A stretch of 64,000 bases of DNA from the sequence record SRR22947725_2292, one strand, 5' to 3'. Shown here piece after piece: positions 9,336 through 20,696 of the stretch; positions within the stretch are counted from its first letter, which is position 1; each line of letters starts with the position of its first letter. Made by a program: the position numbers and the translations under genes. The notes under the pieces are model-generated. The model was not told the origin of the DNA and made no database searches. It saw only the letters and a list, made by a program, of their open reading frames with translations.

Positions 9336-10277
9336 TCAAGGACGGTACAGATTTACCCCAGATTTTTTAAGGGCTTTGTAGGTGGTTTTAAATTCAACGA
9401 TTTTATATTTTTTCAAAAGGCTGGCCTCCATTGCCTGAAAGCTTTTACTCCACTCATCGGCTTTTTTAAACTCATCTAAAATTGTTATCTTGATTTGCTT
9501 AAGCATTTCAGGTAATTTGTCTTTATCACGAATTGCATGATGAATATACTCAAAAATCTCTCTAATGATTATATCAATTTGATCTTTTCTTGGATGCCCT
9601 AGCTGCTGAGCACGCATATAAGCTCGCAACGCTAAATTCAAATCGCCCGTCCCTGCTAAAAAATCTGCTAAGGCTAAAAACCCATCAGCAAAATGCTGGT
9701 CGTTTTTAATTAACCTCATAAATTTAACTCTCATCAACGGAACATTTTTCACCTTATACATTCCAGGTATATACTTCTCAGTGTAATCCGTACCAAGAAA
9801 ATTCTTTGACTGTTCCTTCGCTGCCAACTGATATTGGTAAACTAACATTTTAAGATACCAGTCTCCTAAACCCATATGGCCTTCCGGTTTTATCTTTAAG
9901 GCTTGATTCATATGTATGATTGCCTTAGCATAATCACGCTTTTTCTTGTAAAGCACACCAAGATTTGAAAGCGTATAGTAATCACCTGGAACTTTCTTTT
10001 GAACATAGTGCAGTACTTCTTCTGCTTTAGTGAATTCGCCTAAACGAATATGGGCTGTAGCAATGGTATTAAACCCTTTTGAGCCTTCATTTTCTGCCAG
10101 AATTTGAATCTTATTTTCTAAGCGCTTTTTGTAGTATTCTTTGCTATGTTTTGGCACTTGACCAATAATTAGATCGTACAAACCTGCTTTATTTTGAACT
10201 TCATCCCGAATTGTGTCAGTATCCCAGAGGCAAGACAGTAATAATGGCAATAACAATAAAAGAAGAAAGTGTCTCAT
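9336..10277 (-). CDS. Exported TPR-repeat protein
   Basis: Hydrophobic leader ending LLSC (possible lipoprotein); TPR-like LSNLGVLYKKKRDYAKAIIHMNQALKIKPE. Confidence 0.75.
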   Translation of the reverse strand: MRHFLLLLLLPLLLSCLWDTDTIRDEVQNKAGLYDLIIGQVPKHSKEYYKKRLENKIQILAENEGSKGFNTIATAHIRLGEFTKAEEVLHYVQKKVPGDYYTLSNLGVLYKKKRDYAKAIIHMNQALKIKPEGHMGLGDWYLKMLVYQYQLAAKEQSKNFLGTDYTEKYIPGMYKVKNVPLMRVKFMRLIKNDQHFADGFLALADFLAGTGDLNLALRAYMRAQQLGHPRKDQIDIIIREIFEYIHHAIRDKDKLPEMLKQIKITILDEFKKADEWSKSFQAMEASLLKKYKIVEFKTTYKALKKSGVNLYRP

Positions 10278-10473
10278 AAAAATCCTTTTTTCTTATCATA
10301 CAATTTAAAAGGCCTTTTTTGACAAAAGCTGAAGATTCTTTGGATTTTACTAACTTTCATTCTGATATCGTAGTTATTCTGCAATACTTGATGGGAGACA
10401 TAATAAAGTGTCATAGGCACTACCGATTAAGGCAACATCAATACCCGCTTACAAATCAGTTATTATGCGAGCC

Positions 10474-12819
10474 TTACTTAATATTAAACCAGCTCTTAGG
10501 AACCTTTAGTACACAAGGGGAATACCTGTTTTTCACTAACATAACGGTAATGTCCGGAGCAACATCTAACAGCGTTCCCTGAAGCGGGAATTCTAAGATA
10601 TTCTTCCAACTTTTCATATCTTTTACAATGACATGATTGCCAGCCTGATAACTTAAATAACGCCCATTTGGATTAAAAAAGAGTTTAGATTTTAAATCCT
10701 CTAACTTCGTCATTACTTTTTTAGTTCTAGTGTTAATAATTTCATAATCCCTATTACCACTAAATTGAATAAACAGTTTATCTCTAGAAGCCGTTAAGTA
10801 AGCGTTGAAAATACTTTTCTCATAGACATCTTCATATAAAAACTTCTTTTGTTGATAATCATAAATTTTCAAAGCTTTATTACTCCAAAAGACTATTGCT
10901 GTGCTTTTGTAGTTCGTTGAAAAGTCGCTATATAAGAATGGATATTTGCCAATTTTGATTTCAAATTTTTTATTTAAAGAGCCAGCCGGCAGCCTGTAAA
11001 TATAATAATTTTTATTGGAGTAAGCTAAAAAGCCGTCCCTCACAAATCCACCATTGCCATATTGCTGATTTTCTTTATTGGTAAAGGCGCCAACCTTTCT
11101 CCCAGACTTTAAGCTCCATATCTCCGGAGTGGCTGATTTGTAGTTTAGAACAGCCAAATCTGTAGACGGGTGAACAAGTTTATATGAAGATCTTCCTTTT
11201 AGTTTATAAAGCACATTTTTACTTTTAATCGGGTCAATAATCTCTAGGCCTTCACGACTCGAACCTACAATTCTGCGCCCCATACTTGCCAATTGTAAGT
11301 TATCTGTTTCATACTTAACGGCCTTACCTAATACGCCTCTATAAACAATTTTATTCTTGGCGAATTTTTTAAGAACTTCAACTAAAGGTTTATGGTTGTT
11401 GAGGCGAGTTTTTATATAATCTGATATTTGATAATCATCAATTAATCTTGGAACATAGGCCCCTAAAGTCAGAAGCTTTTCTGCCCCTTCAAGCCATTTA
11501 CTCTTTATGGCAATCGCAACGGCTGTTTGGCCATCCATATCGGCCCAATGCAAATCGGGCTTCTTAGTGAGAACAAGATCTAATAAGCTCAGATTCAACT
11601 TATTTACGACATGATGGAGAATAGTTTTGCCACTCCAATCTACCGTTGTAGTGTCTTCTATATTCTCAATAATTTTACGATAGACAAGATTATCTCTTTT
11701 ATAAAAGCTTAAGGCGGATTGATTGAGGTCATCTCTATAATCATAGCCATGAGCATCAACAAAAAGCAGCTGCAGCATCCTATAATGAGCCGCATAAAAC
11801 CACAGAGGGGCGCCATTTTCATCCAGCGTCTCTTTAGAAATAACTTTACAGATTTTTTTAAGGTTTTCATACTGATTCTTTTTGACTAATTCTACTAGGG
11901 CATTTTTGTCGTCGAACTGAAATTTAGCTCCATTAAGGACAAGCACACGAAGACAATTATAAGCCTCATTCTTTAAAGCCCATTCCACTGGTGTCGTCGC
12001 TTCGCCTTTTGTCGGTATAATTGGGTAGCCTAAAACTCCATTCACTAAGTCTTTATTTTTCTTCAGGAGTTCTTCGACAACCAATTCATCTTTTTCATCT
12101 ATCGCTAGCCTCAACCTCATCAGCTCTGAAGGATATTCTTTAGTTTCAAAAAAATGCTTTACTAACTTAGATTCATAACCGCTAAAACTTTCCTGAGCAG
12201 TCTTGCCGCTTTTATTTTTTAAATCAGGGTCTGCGCCGCGCTCCATCAAATACAAATAATTATTAAACATGCCTCTACTACCGGCAAAATGGAGGGGAGT
12301 ATTCTCTTTATAATCAGTCGCATTCACATCTGCACCGGCATCGAGTAACACCTTCAAAACTGCTGTCCTCGTCGAAGAGGCAATGTAAATCGGCGGATAG
12401 CGAGAACCTTTCTGAGCTTTATTGACATCTGCACCCTTCTCAATAACAAGCTTTAAGGCGTCAATCGATATGGGGTTTCTATTGAGGATAGAATAAAAGG
12501 CTTCTTGAATATCTTCTTTCGCTGCTTTCTCAATCGTAAGCTTAAGTATATCCTGATTTTGTAAACTACTGAGAAAAAACCGACTCTCAACCTTTGGTAT
12601 TTTACTCAATAAAAAAGTAGCCAATTCAATTCGACCTGATGAACTAGAGCTTCTTAAAAGGCTATAGACTTTTTTCTCATCCTTCAGTAATTCTTGATCT
12701 TCCTTTAAAGCTTCGATAATTTCACTATCATAACTAAGATCAAACATTCCCCTAATTGAATTTTCATCTGTATAGGCGGAGAAAATCAAACATAAAAAAA
12801 GCAGCACACGTGTCTTCAT
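10474..12819 (-). CDS. Secreted ankyrin-repeat protein with C-terminal beta-propeller-like region
   Basis: Signal peptide; GADVN, NTPLHFA, GKTILHHVV and GQTAVAIA ankyrin motifs; beta-rich C-terminus with FNPNGRYLS. Confidence 0.8.
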   Translation of the reverse strand: MKTRVLLFLCLIFSAYTDENSIRGMFDLSYDSEIIEALKEDQELLKDEKKVYSLLRSSSSSGRIELATFLLSKIPKVESRFFLSSLQNQDILKLTIEKAAKEDIQEAFYSILNRNPISIDALKLVIEKGADVNKAQKGSRYPPIYIASSTRTAVLKVLLDAGADVNATDYKENTPLHFAGSRGMFNNYLYLMERGADPDLKNKSGKTAQESFSGYESKLVKHFFETKEYPSELMRLRLAIDEKDELVVEELLKKNKDLVNGVLGYPIIPTKGEATTPVEWALKNEAYNCLRVLVLNGAKFQFDDKNALVELVKKNQYENLKKICKVISKETLDENGAPLWFYAAHYRMLQLLFVDAHGYDYRDDLNQSALSFYKRDNLVYRKIIENIEDTTTVDWSGKTILHHVVNKLNLSLLDLVLTKKPDLHWADMDGQTAVAIAIKSKWLEGAEKLLTLGAYVPRLIDDYQISDYIKTRLNNHKPLVEVLKKFAKNKIVYRGVLGKAVKYETDNLQLASMGRRIVGSSREGLEIIDPIKSKNVLYKLKGRSSYKLVHPSTDLAVLNYKSATPEIWSLKSGRKVGAFTNKENQQYGNGGFVRDGFLAYSNKNYYIYRLPAGSLNKKFEIKIGKYPFLYSDFSTNYKSTAIVFWSNKALKIYDYQQKKFLYEDVYEKSIFNAYLTASRDKLFIQFSGNRDYEIINTRTKKVMTKLEDLKSKLFFNPNGRYLSYQAGNHVIVKDMKSWKNILEFPLQGTLLDVAPDITVMLVKNRYSPCVLKVPKSWFNIK

Positions 12820-13177
12820 AAAGTATCCCTTGTAAATTAACCCTTCTTGGCCGCTACTAATAAAACCACATGGCTATATTTCTAAGTCCATAAATCATAA
12901 AAGTAACAAAAACTCTCTGAAAAGTTCATAGCGACAATAGGGCTAGAAAGAATCTTCTGATTAAATAAGAGTGAATAGATAAAAAGCAGCAAATATATGG
13001 AAGTCTGTATAGGCTTGCTTTCTCCCTCCGTTTCATATAGCAGAATTAAATAAAGCGGACGCCAAATATGGGCAAATTTACATTTATAAAATGACTTGTC
13101 ATAATCGGCACTCTGTCTTTACATTTTTCACATCTAATTCGCATAAAAGCAGCTATTATTTAACTCTAAGGATACCC

Positions 13178-14677
13178 ATGGCTTATTTCAAAACTCTCCT
13201 CATCGGCTTCTGCTTACTGGCAGGCTCCGGACTTAACGCCAAAGAAAATATGAATGTTCTATTCATCGCTATCGACGACCTCAATGACTGGATCGGCCCC
13301 ATGGGAGGTAACGCCGCCGTCAAAACACCCAACTTTGACAAATTTTATGCTAATGGCGGCATGGCCATGTTTAAGGCCCATGCCCCTTCTACAGTTTGTG
13401 GCCCCGCGCGCTCTGCTATCATGACAGGTAAGCACTGCTATAACACAGGAGTTTATGGTAACGATACGAACTTAAAAAATGCTCCAAAGGCTCAGAACCT
13501 TATTACCATACCAGAATGGTTCAGCAAGCATGGTTACTACAGCCTCAGTGCAGGTAAAATTTTTCACAAACACCCCAATGCAAAAGAGATTGATCAAGGT
13601 CAATGGGCTTTTGATGAACACCATATCATCAAAGGAGGAATTGGGGCCAAAAGTAAAGAAAAGCCCGTTAACGGTTTACTCGATATAGATGGCAAAAAAA
13701 TGGTCGGTAAAGGCCTCGAGTTTGACTGGGGACCCACAGTCAAAAATGACACTACTTTAATGAAAGATTATAAAACGGCTAATTGGGCCATTGATCAATT
13801 TCAAAAACGCTCTTTCGATAAGCCCTTCTTCATGGCAGTAGGATTCTCAAAGCCGCACCTGCCGTGGATTGTTCCTCAAAAACACTTCGATATGTATCCT
13901 CTCGATAAAATTGAACTCCCTGAAATTAAAACAAATCCTCACGAAAAAATCGTCAATGCAGAAGGCGAATTCATATATGCAAAAAGCTTTAGAAATGATA
14001 CTAAACGCTGGAGCCGTGCGGAAAAATATGGCGTCACAAAAAATGCTATTCAGGCCTATATGGCGAATGTAACTTTTGTCGATGACTGCCTCGGTCATTT
14101 ACTTGATGGCCTCAATAACAGCCCCTACGCCGATAATACAATTGTGGTCCTCTGGGGCGATCATGGTTGGCACCTTGGTGAGAAGAAACGCTTTGGAAAA
14201 TGCCTTCTTTGGCAGGAATCCACTCGCGTCCCCCTGATGATTAAAGTTCCAGGTGTTACTCCAAATAAGAAACGCTGTGACGGCGTTGTTAACCTCATCG
14301 ACCTCTATCCAACTTTATCGGAACTCTGCAATATTCCTGTAAATCCAACAAATGACGGCCGTAGCTTTGCCGAGCTCGTCAACAAGCCCGATATGAAATG
14401 GAATAAACCAACGCTCACAACCTGGTTAGAGGGCAATCACCGTATATATGATGGTCGTTATAGCTACATTAATTGGAGAGGTGGTGATGAACTCTACGAT
14501 CATAAAAATGATCCCATGGAGCACAATAACTTGGCAAAGAACCCTGAATTCGCCTCAATCATGACAAAACTCAAAGCACATCTTCCCAAGCATAACGAAC
14601 CGGAAAGTCCGCGCAATACTTTTGATAAGAAAAAAATGAAAGAACTCTACAAAAAGCAGACCTCTATTACCAAATAG
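13178..14677 (+). CDS. Sulfatase (iduronate-2-sulfatase/choline-sulfatase-like)
   Basis: NVLFIAIDDL, CGPARSAIMTG, GKIFH, KPHLP and GDHGWHLGEK motifs; probable start ATG 13178 with AAGGA RBS and signal peptide. Confidence 0.92.
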   Translation: MAYFKTLLIGFCLLAGSGLNAKENMNVLFIAIDDLNDWIGPMGGNAAVKTPNFDKFYANGGMAMFKAHAPSTVCGPARSAIMTGKHCYNTGVYGNDTNLKNAPKAQNLITIPEWFSKHGYYSLSAGKIFHKHPNAKEIDQGQWAFDEHHIIKGGIGAKSKEKPVNGLLDIDGKKMVGKGLEFDWGPTVKNDTTLMKDYKTANWAIDQFQKRSFDKPFFMAVGFSKPHLPWIVPQKHFDMYPLDKIELPEIKTNPHEKIVNAEGEFIYAKSFRNDTKRWSRAEKYGVTKNAIQAYMANVTFVDDCLGHLLDGLNNSPYADNTIVVLWGDHGWHLGEKKRFGKCLLWQESTRVPLMIKVPGVTPNKKRCDGVVNLIDLYPTLSELCNIPVNPTNDGRSFAELVNKPDMKWNKPTLTTWLEGNHRIYDGRYSYINWRGGDELYDHKNDPMEHNNLAKNPEFASIMTKLKAHLPKHNEPESPRNTFDKKKMKELYKKQTSITK

Positions 14678-14730
14678 GCTCACTCAGGGCAAGCAAGTCC
14701 CAGATTCGGTATTGAGGATAGAAAAACGAA

Positions 14731-14753
14731 AGCCTCCAAGTTCTATGGAGGCT
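14731..14753. terminator. Hairpin between convergent sulfatase genes
   Basis: AGCCTCCA-N7-TGGAGGCT. Confidence 0.55.
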
Positions 14754-14765
14754 CTCATTGATTAA

Positions 14766-16352
14766 TTATTCAACGACTTCTGGGGCATCGTTAAAGACAT
14801 ATTTTTTATCCGGGTTCGATACATCTTTAATCACGTTTTTAGGGACTTGGTGCTGATTCCTTAAAGTCTGCAGCTCTTCCTTCAAACGTTTAACTTCAGA
14901 AGAAAACTCGGGATTATTGTACTGGTTCTTCATTTCCTTAGGGTCTGAATGAAGGTCGTAAAGTTCCCATTCATCTATGTCGTAAAAATACATAAGCTTA
15001 TAACGCCCATCGTAAACCCCTTCGTGGCGATGAACCATATGCCAGCCCGGATACTCGTAATAATGGTAGTAATGACTCTTGCGCCAATTATCAACCTTCT
15101 GACCTTTGAAAATCGGTACTAAGCTCATCCCCTGCATATCTTTTGGCTGATCGGCACCGGCAATTTCCAAAAATGTCTGGGCGAAATCGAGGTTTGAGAC
15201 CAATTGACTGTTCACTGAACCTGGCTTGACTTTTCCGGGCCACTTCACCAAAAGAGGCGTTCTATAAGATTCGTCATACATAAAGCGCTTATCAAACCAA
15301 CCATGCTCACCGAGGTAAAAACCTTGATCAGATGAGTAAATCACCACGGTATTTTTCTCTAAGCCATTTTCTTTAAGATACTTCAACACACGGCCTACAC
15401 TTTCATCTACAGATTTGATACAGCGCAAATAATCTTTCACATAACGCTGATACTTCCATCGCACCAACTCTTTACCCTGAGGCTTGTCTTTAAATAACTG
15501 GGCATTTTTGGGTTCGTAAGCAGCATCCCATATCTTTAATTGCTCTGGAGTCATACGCTTTAACTTTCTCGCTAAACGACCTGCTCTATCAAACTTTTTT
15601 ACTTTCAAGTCACTCGCCATCTGCATGGTCGTGTGAATAGTCATATCTTGATCTTTAGCCGCACGGCCACGCCCTTCATAAGCGTCAAAAAGTGTATCGG
15701 GCTCCGGCATATCCATGTCATCAAAAGCCGTTAAGTACTTAAGCGCCGGCGACCAATCTCTATGAGGCGCTTTATGCTGCATCATCAACATAAAAGGCTT
15801 CGACTTATCTCTTTGATCATTTAGCCATGTGATCGCTTTGTCGGTGATCACTTCTGTACAGTAACCTTCAACTTTTATCTTTCCCTTCGGTGTTTTGAAA
15901 TCAGGATTGTAGTAACTCCCCTGACCCGGCAAAACTTCCCAATGGTCAAAGCCAGTCGGCTGACTGCCAAGGTGCCATTTACCAATAACAGACGTCTGGT
16001 AACCCAGCTTCTGAAGGAGTTTAGGGAATGTTTGTTGAGAACCGTCGAACTTAGTTTTTTCATTGGTCATGAAACCGTTTAAGTGACTGTACTTACCGGT
16101 CAAGATTGTGGCTCGACTTGGACCACAAATAGAGTTCGTCACCATACATCTTTTAAATAGCATCCCTTCTTTGGCAATACTATCAAGGTGTGGTGTTGGG
16201 GCAGCATCCTTAAGAATTCCACCGTAAGCACTGATGGCCTGAGTGGCGTGGTCATCAGTAAAAATAAATAAAATATTGGGTTGCTCTGCTGGAGCAGAAT
16301 AAGCGACTAAAAAGGCTAAAATAGCCATAATCTTTTTCATAGGTTTCCTCAT
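14766..16352 (-). CDS. Sulfatase (N-acetylglucosamine-6-sulfatase/mucin-desulfating-like)
   Basis: [33 protein letters not shown] and [16 protein letters not shown] motifs. Confidence 0.92.
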   Translation of the reverse strand: MRKPMKKIMAILAFLVAYSAPAEQPNILFIFTDDHATQAISAYGGILKDAAPTPHLDSIAKEGMLFKRCMVTNSICGPSRATILTGKYSHLNGFMTNEKTKFDGSQQTFPKLLQKLGYQTSVIGKWHLGSQPTGFDHWEVLPGQGSYYNPDFKTPKGKIKVEGYCTEVITDKAITWLNDQRDKSKPFMLMMQHKAPHRDWSPALKYLTAFDDMDMPEPDTLFDAYEGRGRAAKDQDMTIHTTMQMASDLKVKKFDRAGRLARKLKRMTPEQLKIWDAAYEPKNAQLFKDKPQGKELVRWKYQRYVKDYLRCIKSVDESVGRVLKYLKENGLEKNTVVIYSSDQGFYLGEHGWFDKRFMYDESYRTPLLVKWPGKVKPGSVNSQLVSNLDFAQTFLEIAGADQPKDMQGMSLVPIFKGQKVDNWRKSHYYHYYEYPGWHMVHRHEGVYDGRYKLMYFYDIDEWELYDLHSDPKEMKNQYNNPEFSSEVKRLKEELQTLRNQHQVPKNVIKDVSNPDKKYVFNDAPEVVE

Positions 16353-16474
16353 TTTACACGTTTAACAAACACTATAACCTCTTACGGGGGCAATATCATA
16401 AAGTGACATTTTAAATAAATTTTCTTTGAGCTTCACCTGATATTTAAATATTAAGGCATCATTAAATCGGTTAA

Positions 16475-16496
16475 TATTTCGATAAATGTCGAAATA
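16475..16496. promoter_or_regulatory. Putative ArsR operator
   Basis: Perfect inverted repeat TATTTCGA-N6-TCGAAATA about 40 bp upstream of arsR, directly before TTGATT (16502) and TATAAG (16526) promoter-like boxes. Confidence 0.65.
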
Positions 16497-16536
16497 ATTT
16501 CTTGATTATTAATTCTACTCATCTATATAAGCGAAT

Positions 16537-16851
16537 ATGAATTTAAAAACTACAGCAAATGGCTTAGCCGAATTGGGCAATGAGACGCGATTGGAGATTT
16601 TCCGATTCCTGGTAAAATCAGGACATCAGAAAATGAATGTCGGTGATATTCTCAAAGAATTTTCAATGGCCAATTCGACCTTATCACATCATTTATCGCG
16701 CTTAACTAAAGTAGGCCTGATTGTTAAGGAAAAAGAAGGGCGGGAAATCTTTTACCAGCCACAATTTGATCACTTACAGGGGATGATCGATTTCTTACTA
16801 GAGGAATGTTGCTCTGGGGAAAGTTGCCTGCCCAAGAACAATTGCTGTTAA
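16537..16851 (+). CDS. arsR: ArsR/SmtB family repressor
   Basis: LGNETRLEIFRFL, STLSHHL helix-turn-helix and GREIFY; C-terminal ECC...C...CC cysteines. Confidence 0.92.
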   Translation: MNLKTTANGLAELGNETRLEIFRFLVKSGHQKMNVGDILKEFSMANSTLSHHLSRLTKVGLIVKEKEGREIFYQPQFDHLQGMIDFLLEECCSGESCLPKNNCC

Positions 16852-16872
16852 CTCAAAATGAATAGGAAAAGT

Positions 16873-17883
16873 ATGTCTATTAAAGTAGCAATAAATGGTT
16901 TTGGCCGCATGGGCCGCTTGGCTTTTAGAGAGGCCTTTGATCGAGCTGATTTTGAAATCGTCCATATCAATGAATTACATGGTGACGCCAAAACTGCCGC
17001 TCACCTACTGGAGTTTGACTCTGTCCACGGCCGCTGGGACCGCAATATTTCACATGCCGAAGATCATATTTTGATTGGAGATCACAAAGTTACAGTATCG
17101 CATGCCTCCCGACCTGCCGATTTTGATTGGATCGCTCAAGGTGTAGACCTTGTGATTGAATGTACTGGTCAGTTTAAAACTATAGATTCTTTACAGCCTT
17201 ATTTTGATAATGGTGTCAAAAAAGTTGTTGTTTCGGCGCCGGTTAAAGATGAAGGTGTTGTCAATATAGTCTACGGTGTCAATGACGACCTTTATGATGG
17301 CTCACAAAGTATAATCACAGCGGCATCATGTACGACAAACTGCCTAGCACCAGTGGTTAATGTTATCCACAAAAAGCTCGGCATAGAGCATGGAGTCATT
17401 ACGACGATCCACGACATCACTAACACTCAAACGATTATTGATGCTCCTCACAAAGATCTGCGACGCGCTCGTTCTTGTAGCCAATCACTTATCCCCACGA
17501 CCACAGGTTCTGCGACAGCGATTACGATGATTTATCCTGAACTTAAGGGTAAACTCAATGGCGTTGCAGTTCGCGTTCCACTTCTCAACGCCTCCTTAAC
17601 TGATTGTGTTTTTGAAGTCAGTCGTGAAACCTCTAAAGAAGAAGTCAATGAACTTCTTAAAGAAGCTTCAGAGACCTACCTAAAAGATATTCTCGGCTAT
17701 GAAGAAAAACCGTTGGTTTCAGTCGACTACAAAGATGATAAGCGTTCTTCTATTATCGATGCCTTATCCACAATGGTTATCGATGGGACACAAGTTAAAA
17801 TCCTCGCTTGGTACGATAATGAAATTGGCTACATTAACCGTATGGTGGACCTCACTGAAAAAGTAGCCGTTTCCATCGCTTAA
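16873..17883 (+). CDS. gap: ArsJ-associated glyceraldehyde-3-phosphate dehydrogenase
   Basis: [16 protein letters not shown] and WYDNE motifs; sits between arsR and arsJ; start 16873 (AGGA RBS) or 16858. Confidence 0.93.
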   Translation: MSIKVAINGFGRMGRLAFREAFDRADFEIVHINELHGDAKTAAHLLEFDSVHGRWDRNISHAEDHILIGDHKVTVSHASRPADFDWIAQGVDLVIECTGQFKTIDSLQPYFDNGVKKVVVSAPVKDEGVVNIVYGVNDDLYDGSQSIITAASCTTNCLAPVVNVIHKKLGIEHGVITTIHDITNTQTIIDAPHKDLRRARSCSQSLIPTTTGSATAITMIYPELKGKLNGVAVRVPLLNASLTDCVFEVSRETSKEEVNELLKEASETYLKDILGYEEKPLVSVDYKDDKRSSIIDALSTMVIDGTQVKILAWYDNEIGYINRMVDLTEKVAVSIA

Positions 17884-17885
17884 GT

Positions 17886-19109
17886 ATGAAAAGCATCAGG
17901 GATTACATCATTGTCACGGCGGCGTATTGGAACTTCATGCTGACCGATGGTGCTTTACGCATGTTAACCCTGTTATATTTTCACGACCAAGGCTACTCGC
18001 CGGTTAAATTAGCCTTCCTCTTTCTGCTCTATGAGTTTTGCGGGGTCATCACTAATTTATTCGGTGGTTTGCTTGCTCAGAGAAAAGGTTTAAAAGCCAC
18101 TCTTGTTTATGGCTTGGCTCTACAAGTTGCAGCTCTTTACCTTTTGAGTTTTCTAAATACCGAATGGTCTGAACTTAAAGCCGTCGCTTTTGTTATGGCA
18201 GCTCAAGCTCTCTCTGGGATTGCTAAAGACCTCACTAAAATGAGTTCAAAAACGGCCGTCAAATTTCTCATCCCTAAAGACAAAAGCAGTTCTTTATTCA
18301 AATGGGTCGCCATACTGACCGGCTCTAAAAATGCCATAAAAGGCGCTGGCTTTTTCTTTGGCGGTTGGCTCTTACAAACCTGGGGTTTCAAAGAATCCTT
18401 ATGGATCATGGCAGGTCTTATTCTAGTCATATTTATTGCGGTCATCTTTACGTTGACTGGAGATCTAGGGCAAGCCAAAAATAAGAACCGACTCAAGGAC
18501 TTATTCTCTCAAGGTAAAAGCATTAATTTATTGGCGGCAGCTCGAGTCTTTCTCTTTGGGGCGCGCGATATCTGGTTTGTTGTTGGTATTCCCATTTTTA
18601 TGTCGGAAGGCCTCGGGTGGTCCTTCAGTAAAATTGGTTCATTCATGGCAATTTGGGTCATTCTTTATGGCTTTATCCAATCTCTCGCCCCTAAAATACT
18701 TAAGAACAAAGAGGGAATCGCGCCAGACGGCAGAACCGCAGCAAGTTTAGCGATAATGCTCGTAATCATTATGGGTGGCCTGCTTACGGCAGTGTTAATG
18801 GCTCCAGATATGCCAAAACTCTTAATCTCAGGGCTCTACTTATTCGGCTTTATATTTGCCCTAAACTCCTCCGTCCATTCTTTCTTAATCCTCGACTACG
18901 CCGATAATGACAAGGCCGCAATGAACGTTGGCTTTTACTATATGGCAAACGCCATCGGCCGCTTATTAGGGACGCTTCTTTCTGGAGTTCTTTATCAATT
19001 TGCCGATTTAAAGGGCTGTTTAATTGGCTCGCTGATTTTCCTCATTTTAACTGCGATTATCAGTTTTGTACTACCCCATAAAAAAGCCGACCTTATCGCC
19101 GGCTCTTAA
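17886..19109 (+). CDS. arsJ: Organoarsenical efflux MFS permease ArsJ
   Basis: YWNFMLTDGALRML, GIAKDLTKMSSK, LTGSKNAIKG, FLFGARDIWFVVG and GFYYMANAIGRL motifs; follows the GAPDH gene. Confidence 0.92.
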   Translation: MKSIRDYIIVTAAYWNFMLTDGALRMLTLLYFHDQGYSPVKLAFLFLLYEFCGVITNLFGGLLAQRKGLKATLVYGLALQVAALYLLSFLNTEWSELKAVAFVMAAQALSGIAKDLTKMSSKTAVKFLIPKDKSSSLFKWVAILTGSKNAIKGAGFFFGGWLLQTWGFKESLWIMAGLILVIFIAVIFTLTGDLGQAKNKNRLKDLFSQGKSINLLAAARVFLFGARDIWFVVGIPIFMSEGLGWSFSKIGSFMAIWVILYGFIQSLAPKILKNKEGIAPDGRTAASLAIMLVIIMGGLLTAVLMAPDMPKLLISGLYLFGFIFALNSSVHSFLILDYADNDKAAMNVGFYYMANAIGRLLGTLLSGVLYQFADLKGCLIGSLIFLILTAIISFVLPHKKADLIAGS

Positions 19110-19126
19110 TGAATATTTCGTAGTAT

Positions 19127-20512
19127 TTATTTTTTAAGGATTAAGTACTGCGCACCTCGGCCCGAGTCTATCAAAAGCAGCATCTGACTATCATTCAATG
19201 ATGCTGCTTTGTTGAATCCCTTCAAGGAATTAACGCGTTTGCGATTCACTTCAATGATGATCATTCCAGTCTTTATACCAGCATAAGCTGCAGTTGAACC
19301 CTCAGTCACTTCCGTCACGACAACGCCGCTGTTGGCATTTAAGCGATTATTTTCTGATGTGATGTTGCTCACTTTAAGACCGAAGACATGGGAAGTATCG
19401 ACTTTTTTCTCATCTGGACGTTCAGTTAGAACAATATCCAAAACCTTTTCTTCACCATTGCGAACCACTTCCATAGAAATTCGATCACCAGGGAGCTTCA
19501 TAGCGATAACATTGCGAAAGGGGCCTACATCTTTGATCTTTTTGCCATCAAACTTAACAACAATATCGCCAACTTTCACGCCACCATTTGATGCCGGGGA
19601 CCCTTCAGTAACTTGAGTAATAAGAACACCTTCAGTAACTCCAAAAGACTTCGCGAGTTCGGGAGTTACTTCTTGAGGTAAAACACCTAAGAAGCCACGT
19701 GTAACTGAACCTTTATCAACTAATTGATTTTTGATTTTATTGACCATATTGACCGGTATGGCAAAACCTATGCCCATATAACCACCACTACGGCTGTAGA
19801 TCGCCGTATTGATACCAATCACTTCTCCATCGAGATTGACTAATGGCCCTCCTGAATTACCGGGATTAATAGCCGCATCTGTTTGAATAAATTCTTCGTA
19901 GTCAACTATGCCTACACCGCTGCGACCTTTAGCACTAACAATACCAGCAGTCAATGTGTGGGATAGGCCAAATGGATTCCCCAAAGCTAAAACCCACTCA
20001 CCGACCTCTAATTTATCTGAATCTCCCAAAGGAATCGTAGGAAAATCTTTACCTTCAATTTTAATAACAGCAACGTCCGATTTTTTATCGGCGCCAATCA
20101 CTGTAGCGGAAAATTCACGGCCATCGAGCAGCTTCACTTTCAAAGCATCTGCTTCACCAATGACATGGCTATTAGTGAGAATGAGGCCGTCTGCTGAAAT
20201 GAGAAATCCTGAACCTTGGCCCACTTCTTGACGCTGCTTTTTCTGATCATTATTACGGCGTTCTGGCTGTTGACGCTCAAATTGCTCGCCAAAAAAGCGT
20301 CTAAAAAGCTCCTCTCGAGTATTAGCCCTACTCTGGTATTGACTTGGATAGACGTCTTTTTCTGCTTTAATCAAAACAACTGCAGGGGAGACCTTTTTGG
20401 CCACGGTCGCAAAGATCTTTCCACTTTGCCTTAAACTGTTGATCGCATCTTTTTCATGAGCATTGCCAATCATACAAAACGCCACGGTAAGGCCTAATAA
20501 TAGTTTTTTCAT
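19127..20512 (-). CDS. degP: DegP/DegQ (Do) serine protease with two PDZ domains
   Basis: GSGFLIS, TNSHVI, SDVAVIKI and QTDAAINPGNSGGPL motifs; two PDZ domains; signal peptide. Confidence 0.93.
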   Translation of the reverse strand: MKKLLLGLTVAFCMIGNAHEKDAINSLRQSGKIFATVAKKVSPAVVLIKAEKDVYPSQYQSRANTREELFRRFFGEQFERQQPERRNNDQKKQRQEVGQGSGFLISADGLILTNSHVIGEADALKVKLLDGREFSATVIGADKKSDVAVIKIEGKDFPTIPLGDSDKLEVGEWVLALGNPFGLSHTLTAGIVSAKGRSGVGIVDYEEFIQTDAAINPGNSGGPLVNLDGEVIGINTAIYSRSGGYMGIGFAIPVNMVNKIKNQLVDKGSVTRGFLGVLPQEVTPELAKSFGVTEGVLITQVTEGSPASNGGVKVGDIVVKFDGKKIKDVGPFRNVIAMKLPGDRISMEVVRNGEEKVLDIVLTERPDEKKVDTSHVFGLKVSNITSENNRLNANSGVVVTEVTEGSTAAYAGIKTGMIIIEVNRKRVNSLKGFNKAASLNDSQMLLLIDSGRGAQYLILKK

Positions 20513-20560
20513 CTTGCTTCTCCTGATTAAAGATTACTGACTTAGTCTTGCTTTAATTTT

Positions 20561-20588
20561 TCAGACGCAAGGCATTGGCGAATTTATG
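20561..20588 (-). promoter_or_regulatory. Possible ECF-sigma promoter upstream of degP
   Basis: Minus strand CATAAATT-N15-TCTGA; shares CGTCTGAAAA with the site upstream of the ECF gene. Confidence 0.4.
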
Positions 20589-20696
20589 CAAATAATTAAA
20601 AATTAATTAAAAGTTAAGCTCCAATGGGTCCTAGTTATTGATTACCTTTCGATAGATTATTATCTTTAATATAAACAACTCAAATACAGGATTTTT

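Noticed and set aside
16858-17883. GAPDH as the housekeeping glycolytic enzyme
   Set aside because: Its position between arsR and arsJ indicates the arsenate-detoxification paralog
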